Both the position numbers and the translations under genes were made by a program. Positions 21,334 to 33,628 of a stretch of DNA of 34,794 nucleotides are shown one piece after another. The notes below the pieces were generated by a model that saw only the letters and a program-made list of their open reading frames with translations, was not told the DNA's origin and did no database searches. Source of the stretch: Chiloscyllium plagiosum (Eukaryota); assembly GCF_004010195.1 (NCBI RefSeq), contig NC_057718.1, positions 83,124,393 through 83,159,186 of the forward strand, in the 5' to 3' direction. Positions within the stretch are counted from its first letter, which is position 1. Every line of letters starts with the position of its first letter.

Positions 21334-22548
21334 GAATTATCTCCCAGGAAGAGATTATCTCATTACACTTAAAGTGTTCTGAAGCCCATCATATCCACAA
21401 TTGCTGGATACTAAACTGCAAAATTTGAGGCAACTTTCATGTTTACCCCTCACAAAACTAAAAAGACTTAAATAAGATTCCAACAAAGAGCACCTTTTTT
21501 CCCAAAGAATACAACTCAGAAATTTACCCAAACTTTGAATTCTGCACTGGCTGATGTTCAAGGGTGCATATGTTGTGTCTAATGTACAATGGTACTTATG
21601 TTCCCTTACTCAATCTTCATGCCTAGTCCACTGCGTTTCTAAGATGTCCAAAAGCTGCATCCCAACTCTCCACTCTGTAATAAGCAGAGACACAAACTCT
21701 CTCACTCAGGGTAGGATAAGAAAAGCCCTCATAAACCCTGGAATTGAAATTAAAACAGAAAATGCAACAATTACTTAGCTGCTCTGGGAACATCTGTGTG
21801 AAAGGAGAAACAACAAATAAGCTTGGGAGCTCTGTATCATTGCAGCCTTTTTGCATAAGAATCTACTGCAATCGTTGGGAAGATTTAGCCTGTTGGAGTG
21901 GCAGCAGATTTTGAACAGAACAAACTATTACTTTTAAAGTTAGGTGTTTTTCTTCCTTTTCATTTGTCATTGATTGATTTTGTGTAATATTGCCTCTTGT
22001 GCCAGTAGAGAGGAATGTTATGTCTTTTCACTCTCAAGATACAGAAACCAGTTTGAGAAAGAGATGCTTTAACATTTTTTTCTAATTATCCACCCAGAAA
22101 CAAATGATCTTTTTATTGCATTAAACAACTGCTCACGAACTGACTTTCACTCCTAGTGCCGAATCATTTTCTGAAAACATCTTCTCCTTTGTTTCTCTCC
22201 GTAATTATCCTCCCCTTTCAGTATTGATCCAATTTCTTTGGAGAGTTACCTTTAACAACAGTGGTGGGTTCTCACAGTGAGTAAGGAGAAGTGAATGTAG
22301 CTGGACAGGTGAGACTAACCATGGCACTGCTTGGTTTTACTCAATACTTCATCAATCTCCTTTCCACACTTAATAGAGTGGACCCAGTCCCTTAGCTTGT
22401 CACAAGAGTGACAATTTGGAAACACCATGGAGATAAATAGTCATAGAGTCATACAGCTCAGAAACAACCCTTGTGTCCAACTAGTCCATGTTGAACACAA
22501 TCCCAAACTAAACGAGTCCTGGCCTGCTCCTGGCCCATATCTCTCGAA

Positions 22549-22751
22549 TGGAAATGTGTTGCTGGAAAAGCGCAGCAGGTCAGGCAGCATCTAGGGAACA
22601 GGAGAATCGACGTTTCGGGCATTAGCCCTTCTTTCAGGCTAATGCCCGAAACGTCGATTCTCCTGTTCCCTAGATGCTGCCTGACCTGCTGCGCTTTTCC
22701 AGCAACACATTTCCATCTCTGATCTCCAGCATCTGCAGACCTCACTTTCTC
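22549..22751. mobile_element. PLE-derived fold-back mini-element with 15-bp TSD
   Basis: About 80-bp perfectly complementary arms (22548-22627/22637-22716); CCCATATCTCTCGAA at 22534-22548 and 22752-22766. Confidence 0.9.
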
Positions 22752-24633
22752 CCCATATCTCTCGAAACCTTTCCTGTTCATGTACTTATCCAAATGTCTT
22801 TTCAACATTGTAATTGTACCCACATCCACCACTTCCTCAGGAAGTTCATTTCACATGCAAACCATCATCTATGTAAAAAGTTTGCCCCTCATTTTTTAAA
22901 AGATATTTCTCCTCTCACCTTAAAAATGTGTCCCCTAGTCTTGAAATCCTACATCCTCGGGGAAAGACAGCTACCATTAACTCTATCTATACTCCTCATT
23001 ATTTTATAAATGTTTGTAAGGTCACCTCTCAACCTCCTATGTTCCAGCCTATCCAGCCTTTCTTTATAACTCAACCTTCCATTCCCAGCAACATCCTGGT
23101 CAATCTCTTCTGAACTGTCTCCAGCTTGATATATCCTTCCGATAACTGGACGACCAGAACTGGACACAGTATTCCTGAAGAGGCCTCACCAATGCCCTGT
23201 ACAACCTCAACATGACTTTCCAACTCCTATACTCAAAGGAATGAGCAATGAAGGCAAGCGTGTCAAATACCTTTTTAACCACTCTCTATATGTGATGTAA
23301 ACTTCAAAGAATTATGTAACTGCGCCACCAGGTCCCTCTGCTTTACAACACTACCCAAGCCCCTACCATTAACTGTATAAACCCTATCCTTGTTTGTTGT
23401 ACCAAAACACAATACCTCGCTTTTATCCAGATTAAACTCCAACTGCCATTTTTCACCCATTGACCCATTTGATCAAGGTCCCTTTGTAATCTTAGAAAAC
23501 CTTCTTCAGTATCTACAATGCCACCAATTTTGATGCCGTCCACAAACTTACGAACCATGCCTTCTATGTTGTCATCCAAATCATTTATATAAATGACAAA
23601 CAAAAGAGGACCCAGAACTGACCCCTGCAGAACGCTGCTGGTCTCAGGCCTCTAGTCTGAAAAGCAATCTTTCAGCGCCACACTCTCCTTCCCGCCGTTA
23701 AGCCAATTATATATCCAAATGGGAAGCTCACCCTGAATCCCATATGACCTAACTTTACTAATTAGTCTACCATGCAGAACCTTGTCAAAGGGTTTACTAA
23801 AGTACAAGTAAACAATGTCTACTGCTCTGCTCTCATCAATGTTTTTCATAAATTCCTCAAAAAACTCAATCAAGTTTATAGAACACAATTTTCCTCACAC
23901 AAAACCATGCTATCCCTGATCAATATTTGCCTGTCTAATTGTCCATAAATCTTTTACAATCACCTCCAACAATTTACCCACAACCAAAATCAGACTGACA
24001 GGTCTATAGTTCCCTGGATTCTCCTTACAATCTTTCTTAAACAAAGGTACAACGTTGACCACTCTCCAGTCATCAGGCACCCTATCCGTAGTTGGAGATA
24101 ATGCAAATATGTTTTCACTGGGTCTTGCAATTTCCTCCTTCCCACAACGTTCTGAGATACGTTAGATCAGGTCCTGGAGATTTATCTACATTTATATTCT
24201 CTAAGACCTCCCAAACTTCCTCTTCTGTAATTGAACTGTTTTTAAAACATCAAAATTTATTACTCTGCATTCTCTAGATTCCATTTCTTTCTCCAGAGTA
24301 AAAACTGACATGAAAAATTCATTTAATATCTCTCCCACTTCCTGGGGTTCAAAACAAAGATGACCTCCTTAATCTTTAAGGGTCCCCACCCTTTCTGTAG
24401 TTATCCTCCAGCTCTTAATGTATTTGTAGAATCTCTTTTGATTATCCTTAACCTTATGCCAATGCTATTTCATATCCCTCTTTGTCCTCCTGATTTCTTT
24501 CTTAGGAATGTCTCTATACCATATTGATTAAGATATTCAGTTAAACCAATCTGTGTCTATCTAAAATAAGATTCTCTTTTCTTGACTAGAACCTCAATAT
24601 TTTTATTCATCCGTTGTTCCTTACTCTTACCAG

Positions 24634-25167
24634 TGTTATGGACTCGGCCAGACTCCCTCAAAACATTTCAAGAAGGTAGCCTAGACCCGAACTTTTCCAG
24701 TTGTTTTAAGCAGGTGTAGAGTGGATATTCCAGGAGTGATGCTGCTGGCCCAACCACTCAGTCTTTATTTATACATGAACAAAAGAAAACCGATATTTAA
24801 AATAACGTAATTATTCGAAAATCCAATCAACTCTATTGCGCCTTTAATGAAGCTCTTCCAAATACTTGCAACAATCCCCAATAACACGCCTTGGCAAAAA
24901 AGGTAAAATCAAACACAGGGTCTTAAAGGAGAGAGAGATGTCAGAGAGATTAAGCATGGAAAACCTTCTTCCATGTAGCTGCTTCTTTGACCAGCAGCCT
25001 CAAAAGAACTAGGCGCAAGTGAGGACTGCAGATGCTAGAGAGGCAGTATCACTGTAATCAAATTGGCCCTAGAACCCATGCAAACCAGACACCTTGGAAA
25101 TTACGTGTTTACAACCTCTCTGGGAAAAAAACCAGGACAACCTAACCTTGTTAGAGGAGCAGCATCG
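24634..25167. mobile_element. Solo-LTR-like insertion within HER1
   Basis: Starts TGTTATGG; CR1 sequence resumes on the other side; flanked by TCTTACCAG (24625-24633/25168-25176); contains a PLE tail scrap at about 25011-25040. Confidence 0.6.
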
Positions 25168-25329
25168 TCTTACCAGTCTTACCCTTCACTCTAACAGGAA
25201 CTGAACTCTTGTCATCACACTCTTGAAAGCCTCCCACTTGTCAGCCATGCTTTTACCTGTGAACAATGTACTCCAGGTGACCTTAGAAAGTTTTGTCTCA
25301 TACCATTAAGATGAGAAGAGGGATACTAA

Positions 25330-27340
25330 ATGCAGGACTGAAGGTGTTGTATCTGAATGTACGCAGTATATGAAATAAGGTAAATGAGCTTGTGGTGCAG
25401 ATTGAAGTTGGTAGGTATGATGTGGTGGACATCACGGAGACATGGCCGCAAGGGGATCAGGACTGGGAGCTAAATAGCGAAGAACATACATCCTATTGAA
25501 AAGACAGGCAGGTGGGTAGAGGGGGTGGAGTTGCTTTATTAGTAATAAATGAAATTAAATCATTAGCAAGAAATGATGTAGGGTCAGATGATGTAGAATC
25601 AGTGTGGGTAGAGTTGAGGAACTAAAGATAAAAAAACCATAATGGGAGTTATGTACATGCCTCCAAACAGATGTCAGGATGTGTGGCACTAGATACACCA
25701 AGAGATAGAAAAGGCGTGTAAGAAAGGCAAAGTTACAGTGCTCATGGGGAATTTCAATATGCAGGTGGACTGGGAAAATCAGGTTAGTAGTGAATCACAA
25801 AAAAAGGAATTTGTGGAATTTCTATGAGATGGCATTTTCGAGCAACTTGTGGTGGAGCCCACGAGAATACAGGCAACACTGGATTTAGTGTTGTGTTATG
25901 AGGCATTCTTTCTAAGCGAACTTAAGGTGAAGGAACCCTTAGCAGGTAGTGACCACAATACGATAGGATTTAGTCTGCAGTTTGAGAGGGAGAAGGTGGA
26001 ATCAGATGTAACAGTATTACAGTTGAATAATAGCAACTACAGAGGCATGAGGGAGGAGCTGACCAGAAAATTTGGGACACAGCAGAGATTCATCCCAAAG
26101 AAAAAGAAGCATACTAAAGGGAAGGCAAAGTAACCAAGGGGCAGAGGTGAGTATGGTGGCTAATACAAGGAGAAAGTGCTCAAGAAACTGAAAGGTCCGA
26201 AGATGAATAAATTACCTGGACCAGATGGATGACACACCAGAGTTCTGAAAGACTTAGCTGAAGAAGTAGTGGAGGCATTAATGGTGATCTTTCAGGAATC
26301 AGTGCAGGCAAGGTACATCGTAGCGGACTAGAAAATTGCGAGTGCAACCCCCCCCCCCCCGCCGTTTAAGAAGGGAGTAAGGCAAAAGACAGGAAATTAA
26401 CCTTACCTCGGTCTTTGGTAAGATTTCGGAGACTATTGTGAAGGATGCGATTTCTGAATACTTCAAAGTGAATGGTAAAATAGGGCAAAGTCAGCATGGT
26501 TTTGTCAAGGGGAGGTCATGCCTAACAAATCTGTTGGAATTTTTTGAGGAGGTAGGAGGCTGCTGCGGAGGATACCCATGGTATTAGAGGCAAGGTGCTA
26601 GCATGGATAGAAGCATGGCTGTCTGGCAGAAAGCAGAGAGTGGGGATAAATGGATCCTTCTCAGGATGGCAGCCGGTGACAAGTGGTGTTCCACAAGGCT
26701 CAGTGTTGGGACCACAACCTTTCACTTTATACATTAATGATCTGGATGAAGGAACTGAGGGCATTCTGGCTTAGTTTCCAGATGATACAGAGATAGGTGA
26801 AGGGACAGATAGCATTGAGGAGGTGGGGAATCTGCATAAGGATTTGGTTAGGAGAGTGGGCAAAAAAGTGGCAGATGTAATGCAGCATGGGAAAGTGTGA
26901 GGTCATGCACTTCTGTAGGAAAAATAGAGTCATGGACTATTTTCTAAATGGGAAAATAATTCAGAAATCTGACGTGGGAAGGGACTTGGGAGTCTTTGTC
27001 CAGGATTGTCTCAAGGAAAACGAGCAGGATGAGTCAGTAATTAGGCAGGCAAATACAATGTTGACATTCAACTTGAGATAATTGGAATATAAAAGCAAGG
27101 AGGTACTTCTGATGCTTTATAAGACTCTGGTCAGATCAGATTTGGAGTATTCTGAGCAATTTTGAGCCCATACTCAGGAAGGATATATTAGCCCTGGAGT
27201 GGGTCCAGAAGAGGTTCACAAGAATGATACCAGGAATGTAAGGCTTAACATATAAGAAATGTTTGAGGACTCTGGGTCTATACTCAATAGAGTTTAGAAG
27301 GATGAGGGGGGACCTAATTAAAACCTAGAGAATACTGAAT
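25330..27340 (+). mobile_element. CR1 LINE ORF2 remnant (endonuclease + RT, multiple internal deletions)
   Basis: GLKVLYLNVRSI*NK...[47 protein letters not shown]. Confidence 0.93.
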
Positions 27341-28720
27341 GGATATCAAGCACGACGTCCCCTTGTTGAAACCAGGCTGACTTTGTCCTATTTTACCATG
27401 CACTTCCAAGTATTTAGAACTCTCATTGCTCCCAATGGACTGCAAAATCTTACCAATGACTGAGGACAGGCGAATTGATCTATAATTTCCCATCTTTTGC
27501 CTGGCTTCCTTCTGAAACAGAGAGATTACATTAGCAATTTTCCAATCCTCTCGGACCTTCCCTAACTCCAGTGATTCCTGAATGATCACTACGAGAGCCT
27601 TCACTATCTCTTCAGCTATCTCCTTCAGAACTCTAGGGTGTAGCCCATCTGGTCCAGGTGATTTATCCACTTTCAGACCCGTTCAGTTTTTCTAGCACCT
27701 TCTCCTCGGTGATGACCACCCTACTGATTTCTCTCCCCGGACTCTCTCGAAGTTTTGCGATGTTACTTGTGTCTTCCACCATGAAGACTGCCACAAGGTA
27801 CTTATTCAGTTCCTCAGCTATTTCTTTGTTCCCCATTATGACTTCTTCAGCATCATTTTCCAGTGCCCCAATGTCCTCTTTTGCCTCTCTTTTGCCCTTT
27901 AGATATCTAAAGAAATTGCTGCAATCTTTCCTAATATTACCAGCTAGCTTATCCTTATATTTAATCTTCTCCCTCCTTTATTTCTTTCTTCATTGTCGTC
28001 TTTTGGTCTTTGCAGGCTCCCTAATCCTCTGACTTACCACTGCCTTTCGCCACATTATATCTTTCTTTTTTGCTTTTCTTTCCCATTGGCCACTATACAT
28101 CTTGGAGTTTGATCCTTCTTTTCCCCCCTCCACTTCCTAGTTTACAGTCCTATTGACCACCCTACTTATCCTTTTTGCTCATCCCAACTCAGTTCAGGTA
28201 TTACCTGTTTGACAAGGTCAAGGGCTGAGGTTCCTCTACCTGGATCCCTCTACCTGCCTCACTTGCAGTCACACCCTGCTGCCCCTGGCCACTCACCAAA
28301 TTTGGTTAAGTTATTCATCTTTCAGGTGTGACAGCCTCCTGAATCAAAGCGTCCAGATAACTCACTTCCTCCTGGATGTGCTACAGTGTCCAAACCTCAG
28401 GCTCCAGTTCATCAATTCTGATGTGGTCACTGCAGTTCGCAATGGAATCAGCCAGCTCCCACATCATACACTTACAGCATATCACCTGCCCAGCCAACTC
28501 TGTTTAGTTAATTAATTTATTAATTAGTTAATCCCCGATTAGGTAATTATTTATTAATTAGCTTTGCAGTGTTTGTTTTTCAAATTTAAAACAAATTTCC
28601 TACCAGTCAAACAGGTCGCAGCCCACCCGTGACACCACTTTTTCAGTGTGTGCTCCTCCTCCAACTCTGTTCCGCTGGAAACAGCACCTATGTCACTAAG
28701 ATATGTTCTCTGTCCCTCAA
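27341..28720 (-). mobile_element. Internally deleted CR1 LINE including the ORF1 start and 5' region
   Basis: MDKSPGPDGLHPRVLKEIAEEIV...GNYRSIRLSSVIGKIL (27314-27670); ORF1-like AGQVICCKCMMWEL at about 28450-28495. Confidence 0.85.
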
Positions 28721-28752
28721 TTTGATGGTGTCTTCTCCCAAACTGTACTGTT

Positions 28753-31190
28753 ATGAGGAGCAGAAGAGTCAACGTTTCAGGCATAAGCCCTTCATCAAGA
28801 GGTGAGGAACTGGTGAAATCGATGTTGATGCCGTCTGGTTGAAATGGCCCAAGGCGGAAGATGAGGCGTTCTTCCTCCAGGCGTCAGGTGGCTTGGATTT
28901 GGCAGTGGAGGAGGTCCAGGACTGACATATCCTTGGCGGAGTGGGAGGGGGAATTGAAGTGATCAGCCACAGGCCGTGGGGTTGAAAGGTGCATGTGTCC
29001 CAGAGATTTTCCCTGAAACGTTCTGTGAGTTGGTATCCTGTCTCCCCAATGTAGAGGAAACCACATCGAGAGCAACGGACACAGTAGACGAGGTGGATGG
29101 GTGTGCAGGAAAATCTCTGCCGGATTTGGAAGGATCCTTTGGGGCTTTGGACAGAGGTGAGGGGTGAGGTGTGGTGCAGGTTTACACCTCTTGCAGCAGC
29201 AAGGGAAGGTGCCAGGAGTGGAGTGTGGGTTGGTGGGGGAGAGGGGGGGTGAGTCGGGGGCGTGGACCTAATGAGGGAGTCACGGAGGAAATGGTCTCTA
29301 CAGAATGCTGATAGATGTGGGGAGGGAAATATATCTCTGGTGGTGGGGTCTGATTGTCATGGTAGAAATGGCAGAGGATAATGCTCTGTATGTGGAGAAT
29401 GGTGGGGTGGAAGGTGAGGACCAGGGAGATTCTACCTTTGTTGTGGTTGGAGGGGTGGGGTTCAAGGGCGGAGGTGTGGGAAGTTGAGGAGATGCTCTGG
29501 GGGGCATTGTTGACCACGTGGGAGGGGAAATTGTGGTCCTTGAAATAGGAGGCCATCTGGGATTCCTGGAGTAGAATTGCTCCTCCTGGGAGCAAATACA
29601 GCAGAGGCAGAGAAATTGGGATTAAGGGATAGCATTTTTACAGGGGGAAGGAGGTGTAGTCCAGAAAGCTTGGAGTAGGATGTTTGGGTTTGAAGTAGAT
29701 GTCCGTGTTGAGTCGGTCACTGGAGATGGAGATGTAGAGGTCCAAGAAGGGGAGGGAGGTATCCAAGATTGTCCAGATGAACTTGAGGTCAAGGTGGAAG
29801 ATGTTCATGAAGTTAATGAACTGTTCAACCTCCTCGTGGGAGCATGAGATGGCACCGCTACAATCATCAATATAGCAGAGGAAAATGTGGGGGATAGTGC
29901 CAGTGTAACTGTGGAAGATGGACTATACCAATTTTTTTGGTGAAGAAGCAGCCATATCTGGGACCCATGCAAGTATCAATGGCTCCCTCTTTGGTCTGAA
30001 GGAAGTTGGAGGATTCGAAGGAGAAGTTGTTGAGGCTGAGGACTAGTTCCACCAATCGAATGAGTGTGTCAGTGGAGGGGTACAGGTTGGGTCGGAGGGA
30101 GAGGGAAAAAAATGGAGGTCTTAGAGGCCTTCACCATGGTAGATGGACGTGTACAGGGAGCTGATGTCCCTGGTGAAGATGAGGAATTGGGGGCCAGGAA
30201 AATGAAAGTCATAGAGGAGGTGTGGGTGTAGTTGGTGTCCCGAATGTAAATGGGGAGTTCCTGGACCAAGGGGGACGGACAGTGTCAAGATATGAGGAGA
30301 TAAGGTCAGTGGGGCAGGAGCAGGCAGAGATGATGGGTTGACCAGGGCAGACAGGTTTGTGAATTTTGGGTAAGAGGTAGAACTGGGCGGTGCGAGGTTC
30401 CAGGACAATGAGGTTGGAGGCTGTGGATGGGAGATCCCCTAAGGTGATGAGGTTGTGAATGGTCTGGGAAATGATTGATGATGGGAGATGAGTTCGTGGT
30501 CAAGGGGGCAGTAGGAGGAGGTGTCCATGAGTTGGCACCTGGCTTCAGCAGTGTAGCAGTCAGTGCGCCAAACTACCACTGCCTGCGCCCATTTTGTCTG
30601 CTGGTTTGATTGTGAGGTTGGGGATGGAGCGGAGGAAGTGGGAGGCTGTGCTTTGTGAGGGTGAGAGGTTGAGTGGGTGAGAGGGGTGGACAGGTTGAGG
30701 TGGTCAATGTCACAGTGACAGTTGGTGATAAAGAGTTCGAGGGTGGGTAACAGACCAGGACGGGGTGTCCAAGCGGATGGAGTATGTTGGAGGTGGGAGA
30801 ACAGGTCTTCGGATAGTGAGTGGCAGTCCTGATGGAAAAAGTAAGTGCGGAGGTGGAGGCAGTGGAAGAAATGTTCAATGTCACAATGCGAATTGACCTT
30901 GGAACATAGTGGGATGAAGGTGAGACCTTTAATGAGGACTGATCATTCATCCTCAGTGAGAGGATGACCTGGGGGGTTGGTCAGCAGGGCTGAGGACTAG
31001 GACCTGTTGTGGGGCTAGAATTGGGAGTGGGGTTGGAGACTGTCTCTGGAGTGGGTGTGGTCATGGTATTATTGGTGACATCACTAAAGGAAATGACATA
31101 AACTGCAGTGGTCAGGAGGTTGGAAACAGTGCACTCGGTGGCATCCACAGGGACGGAAGTGACATTCTGTGTGGGCCAAGTGTTGGAAAA
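28753..31190 (-). mobile_element. Penelope-like element: decayed RT + GIY-YIG endonuclease ORF with downstream hammerhead remnant
   Basis: DISSLYTSI, ELVLSLNNFSF...MGPRYGC, CYIDDC (about 29862-29879), LVYCVRCSRCGFLYIGET, PVADHFNSPSH...RLEEERLIFRLG; TTGATGAAGGGCTTATGCCTGAAACGTT at about 28770-28797. Confidence 0.9.
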
Positions 31191-32026
31191 TAGGTGCTTG
31201 CTTTTAACTGGCACAGATTTGATGGGCTGAAGGGCTTTTTTCCACGCTGTGGACCTGTGTCACTCTCAGCCAACCGATACATCTACTTATGTGAAATGGA
31301 AAAGCTGTCCATTACTTGATTAGATTGTTCTTGATTGTCTTTTATTTCTAACATTCAAAGAAATTGAACTCAATACATTTTTCATGGCTATATGATATGC
31401 CTCCCAAGTTTCTTACAGCAACTACCTGGTGATTAATTTTTAATTCTTGGAGACTCTAAAACCATTTGGGAAGATTAGGAACTCTAAAAACACAGTACAT
31501 TAGCTTCTTCCCATCACAGATTTATCTCAATTTTCTAGTCTTTTTGATGTGTTTACCTATGAATCGTGCCCTCTAGTTGTTAAATCTTGAGCCCTAACAA
31601 AACCTTTTTTTGGAATCTGAGTTTCCAATATCCATGAAAATGTGTACGTCCTCTATTGAATATCCCGTCATACTTTTGAACACCTCAGAGAAAGCATGAT
31701 TTCCTTATAATAGCCCTTTCAGTTTTGGAAGGAATTTTATAGTTCTCTTTGGAATCCAAAGAATAATTGTGCATTTTTCTCACAAAATGGAAACCACAGC
31801 TGAACATAATATAGTACTGTATTACTGGAGACCAGTGGGCATGTGTACTGCTACCTACAGGATAAGACATTCATTACAGCTTTTGTACAGAGTTGTTGCA
31901 GTTCTTCATTTCCCAACAGATGGCACTCTCAACAAAATTGTTTCAGGATTCATAGATCATGTTCACTAATTTTTTTTCAGATAGTTTGCATTGAGCTTTA
32001 TAAACATCAAATATTGACTAACTGAT

Positions 32027-32162
32027 CAAAAAAAAACAAAGAACTGCGAATGCTGGGAATCTGAAACAAAAACTGAAATTGCCAGAGAAACTGAGCGAGT
32101 CTGGCAGAATCTGTGGGAAAAAAAGCTGAGTTAACATTTCCTGTCCTGACCTTTCTTCAGAC
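32027..32162 (-). mobile_element. Older PLE-family terminus with a degenerate hammerhead
   Basis: Minus strand TCTGAAGAAAGGTCAGGACAGGAAATGTTAACTC...GATTCCCAGCATTCGCAGTTCTTTGTTTTT. Confidence 0.65.
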
Positions 32163-32182
32163 AAATTAATTGATTCTTCCTT

Positions 32183-33150
32183 GTCTTCTTCTTCTTCTTA
32201 GGCAGACCCTCAGGATCGAGGGTGACTTGTTGTTTCTCCAATTTGATGGGTCAGTGCACTGCGTCGGAGAATTTGACTGCACCTCGGCATGCTTCCAATG
32301 AAGGGCAAAAGTGAGGACTGCAGATGCTGGAAACCAGAGTTTAGATCAGAGTGGTGCTAGAAAAGAACAGCAGGTCAGGCAGCATCCGAGGAGAAGGAAA
32401 ATTGATGTTTAGGGCAAATGCCTTTCATCAGGAAGGGCTCCTGCTCTTCATTTTCTAAGACTAATCTTCATTCCAATTAAGCCATTCTATGTATTCAGGG
32501 CCTTCCTGAAAAAATCTCCGTTTTGCCTTTTCACAAGTCAAGGACTCCCATTGGTTGATGGTGTGTTTGACCTCTCAGAGATTTTCTGAGGGAATCCTTT
32601 CTGCTATTCTCCTGGGAGTCACCTTTCAGGACCAAGTTCCAAGCACCCAATTGCTCTGGGTGCTTGTAATAGGTATACAAATGAGATGTTCTGCCCAGCA
32701 GAGCTGGTTTTGAGAAATTGGTGTTTTGATGCTGAGCCAATTGGCTTGGGAGCAAATGCTACAATTGGTCTACCTTTCTTGCCTGAATTTAAAGGATCTT
32801 GCATGGTTCGTCGGCATATCTCCAGTGCTTTGAACTGCCTGCTGTATGTTGTGCAGGTTATCAAGGTGCATAGGAACTTAGAGATCATTGCTGTCTTGTA
32901 GATCTTAGCAGAAGTTAGTCTTGGGTATGAAATACTGTTCCACAAATGCTCAAGTTGACATTGGAAGTATTGATGAATTTGTCATCTATGTCTGCCTTTG
33001 TCAAGAGGAAGTTCCCAAGATATGGAAAATGATCTACATTTTCCAGGATCATATTGTTGATCTTAGTCAATGGAGGGAGCTTGTTGTTAAATGTTTAACA
33101 ATGATCTGGAACTCAGTTTCTGAGTGAGTGCACAAACAAGCATTATCTTC
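32183..33150 (-). mobile_element. RTE-clade LINE 3' remnant
   Basis: LENVDHFPYLGNFLLTKADIDD, KIYKTAMIS...TTYSRQFKALE; (GAA)n tail at 32185-32198. Confidence 0.75.
32304..32446 (-). mobile_element. PLE terminus with a collapsed second arm (third fold-back-type copy)
   Basis: Matches 15218-15337, then CATCAGGAAGGGCT-CCTGCTC, i.e. the start of the inverted arm with an internal deletion. Confidence 0.8.
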
Positions 33151-33153
33151 ATA

Positions 33154-33450
33154 ACAGTGGTTAGCACTGCTGCCTCACAGCGCCAGAGACCCGGGTTCAA
33201 TTCCCGCCTCAGGCAATTGACTGTGTGGAGTTTGCACATTCTCCCCATGTCTGCGTGGGTTTCCTCCAGGTGCTCCGGTTTCCTCCCACAGTCCGAAGAT
33301 GTGCAGGTCAGGTGCATTGGCCATGCTAAATTGCCCGTAGTGTTAGGTAAAGGGTAAATGTAGGGGTATGGGTGGGTTGCGCTTCGGCAGGGCGGTGTGG
33401 ACTTGTTGGGCCGAAGGGCCTGTTTCCACACTGTAATGTAATCTAATTTA
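33154..33450 (+). mobile_element. HE1-type V-SINE lacking the first ~14 nt
   Basis: B box GGTTCAATTCC, V domain, tail TTGTTGGGCCGAAGGGCCTGTTTCCACACTGTAA. Confidence 0.93.
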
Positions 33451-33628
33451 ATTCTATAACTGAAGTGGTTTCAGAATTGGATTGAAGAACAGCATACATT
33501 AAACAAATTCCTGTCTGTTTTGTAAATTATTTCCACAATTGTAGGTAATATGTAGGTGGTGGGGTGGTATTGCAGCAAAGAAAATAGAGAAGGGAGTTAT
33601 TGCAATGACATAGGATGTTTGACACCAG

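Larger units (their letters stand above)
22437..25310 (-). mobile_element. HER1-type CR1 LINE (ORF2 remnant) hosting a PLE fold-back and an LTR
   Basis: ORFs 23652-23888 (NLIEFFEE...FSKPFDKVLHG), 23343-23603 (YINDLD...KFVDG), 23100-23282; tail CTATGACTCTATGAC. Confidence 0.92.

Noticed and set aside
6336..22300. CACAGTG heptamers (about 6336, 17017, 19326, 22273) as V(D)J recombination signals of a shark Ig cluster
   Set aside because: No ACAAAAACC-like nonamer at 12/23 spacing and no V, J or C domain coding sequence.
32640..32666. 10-bp hairpin CAAGCACCCA/TGGGTGCTTG
   Set aside because: Short and inside a decayed RTE; compatible with chance or quasi-palindrome correction.
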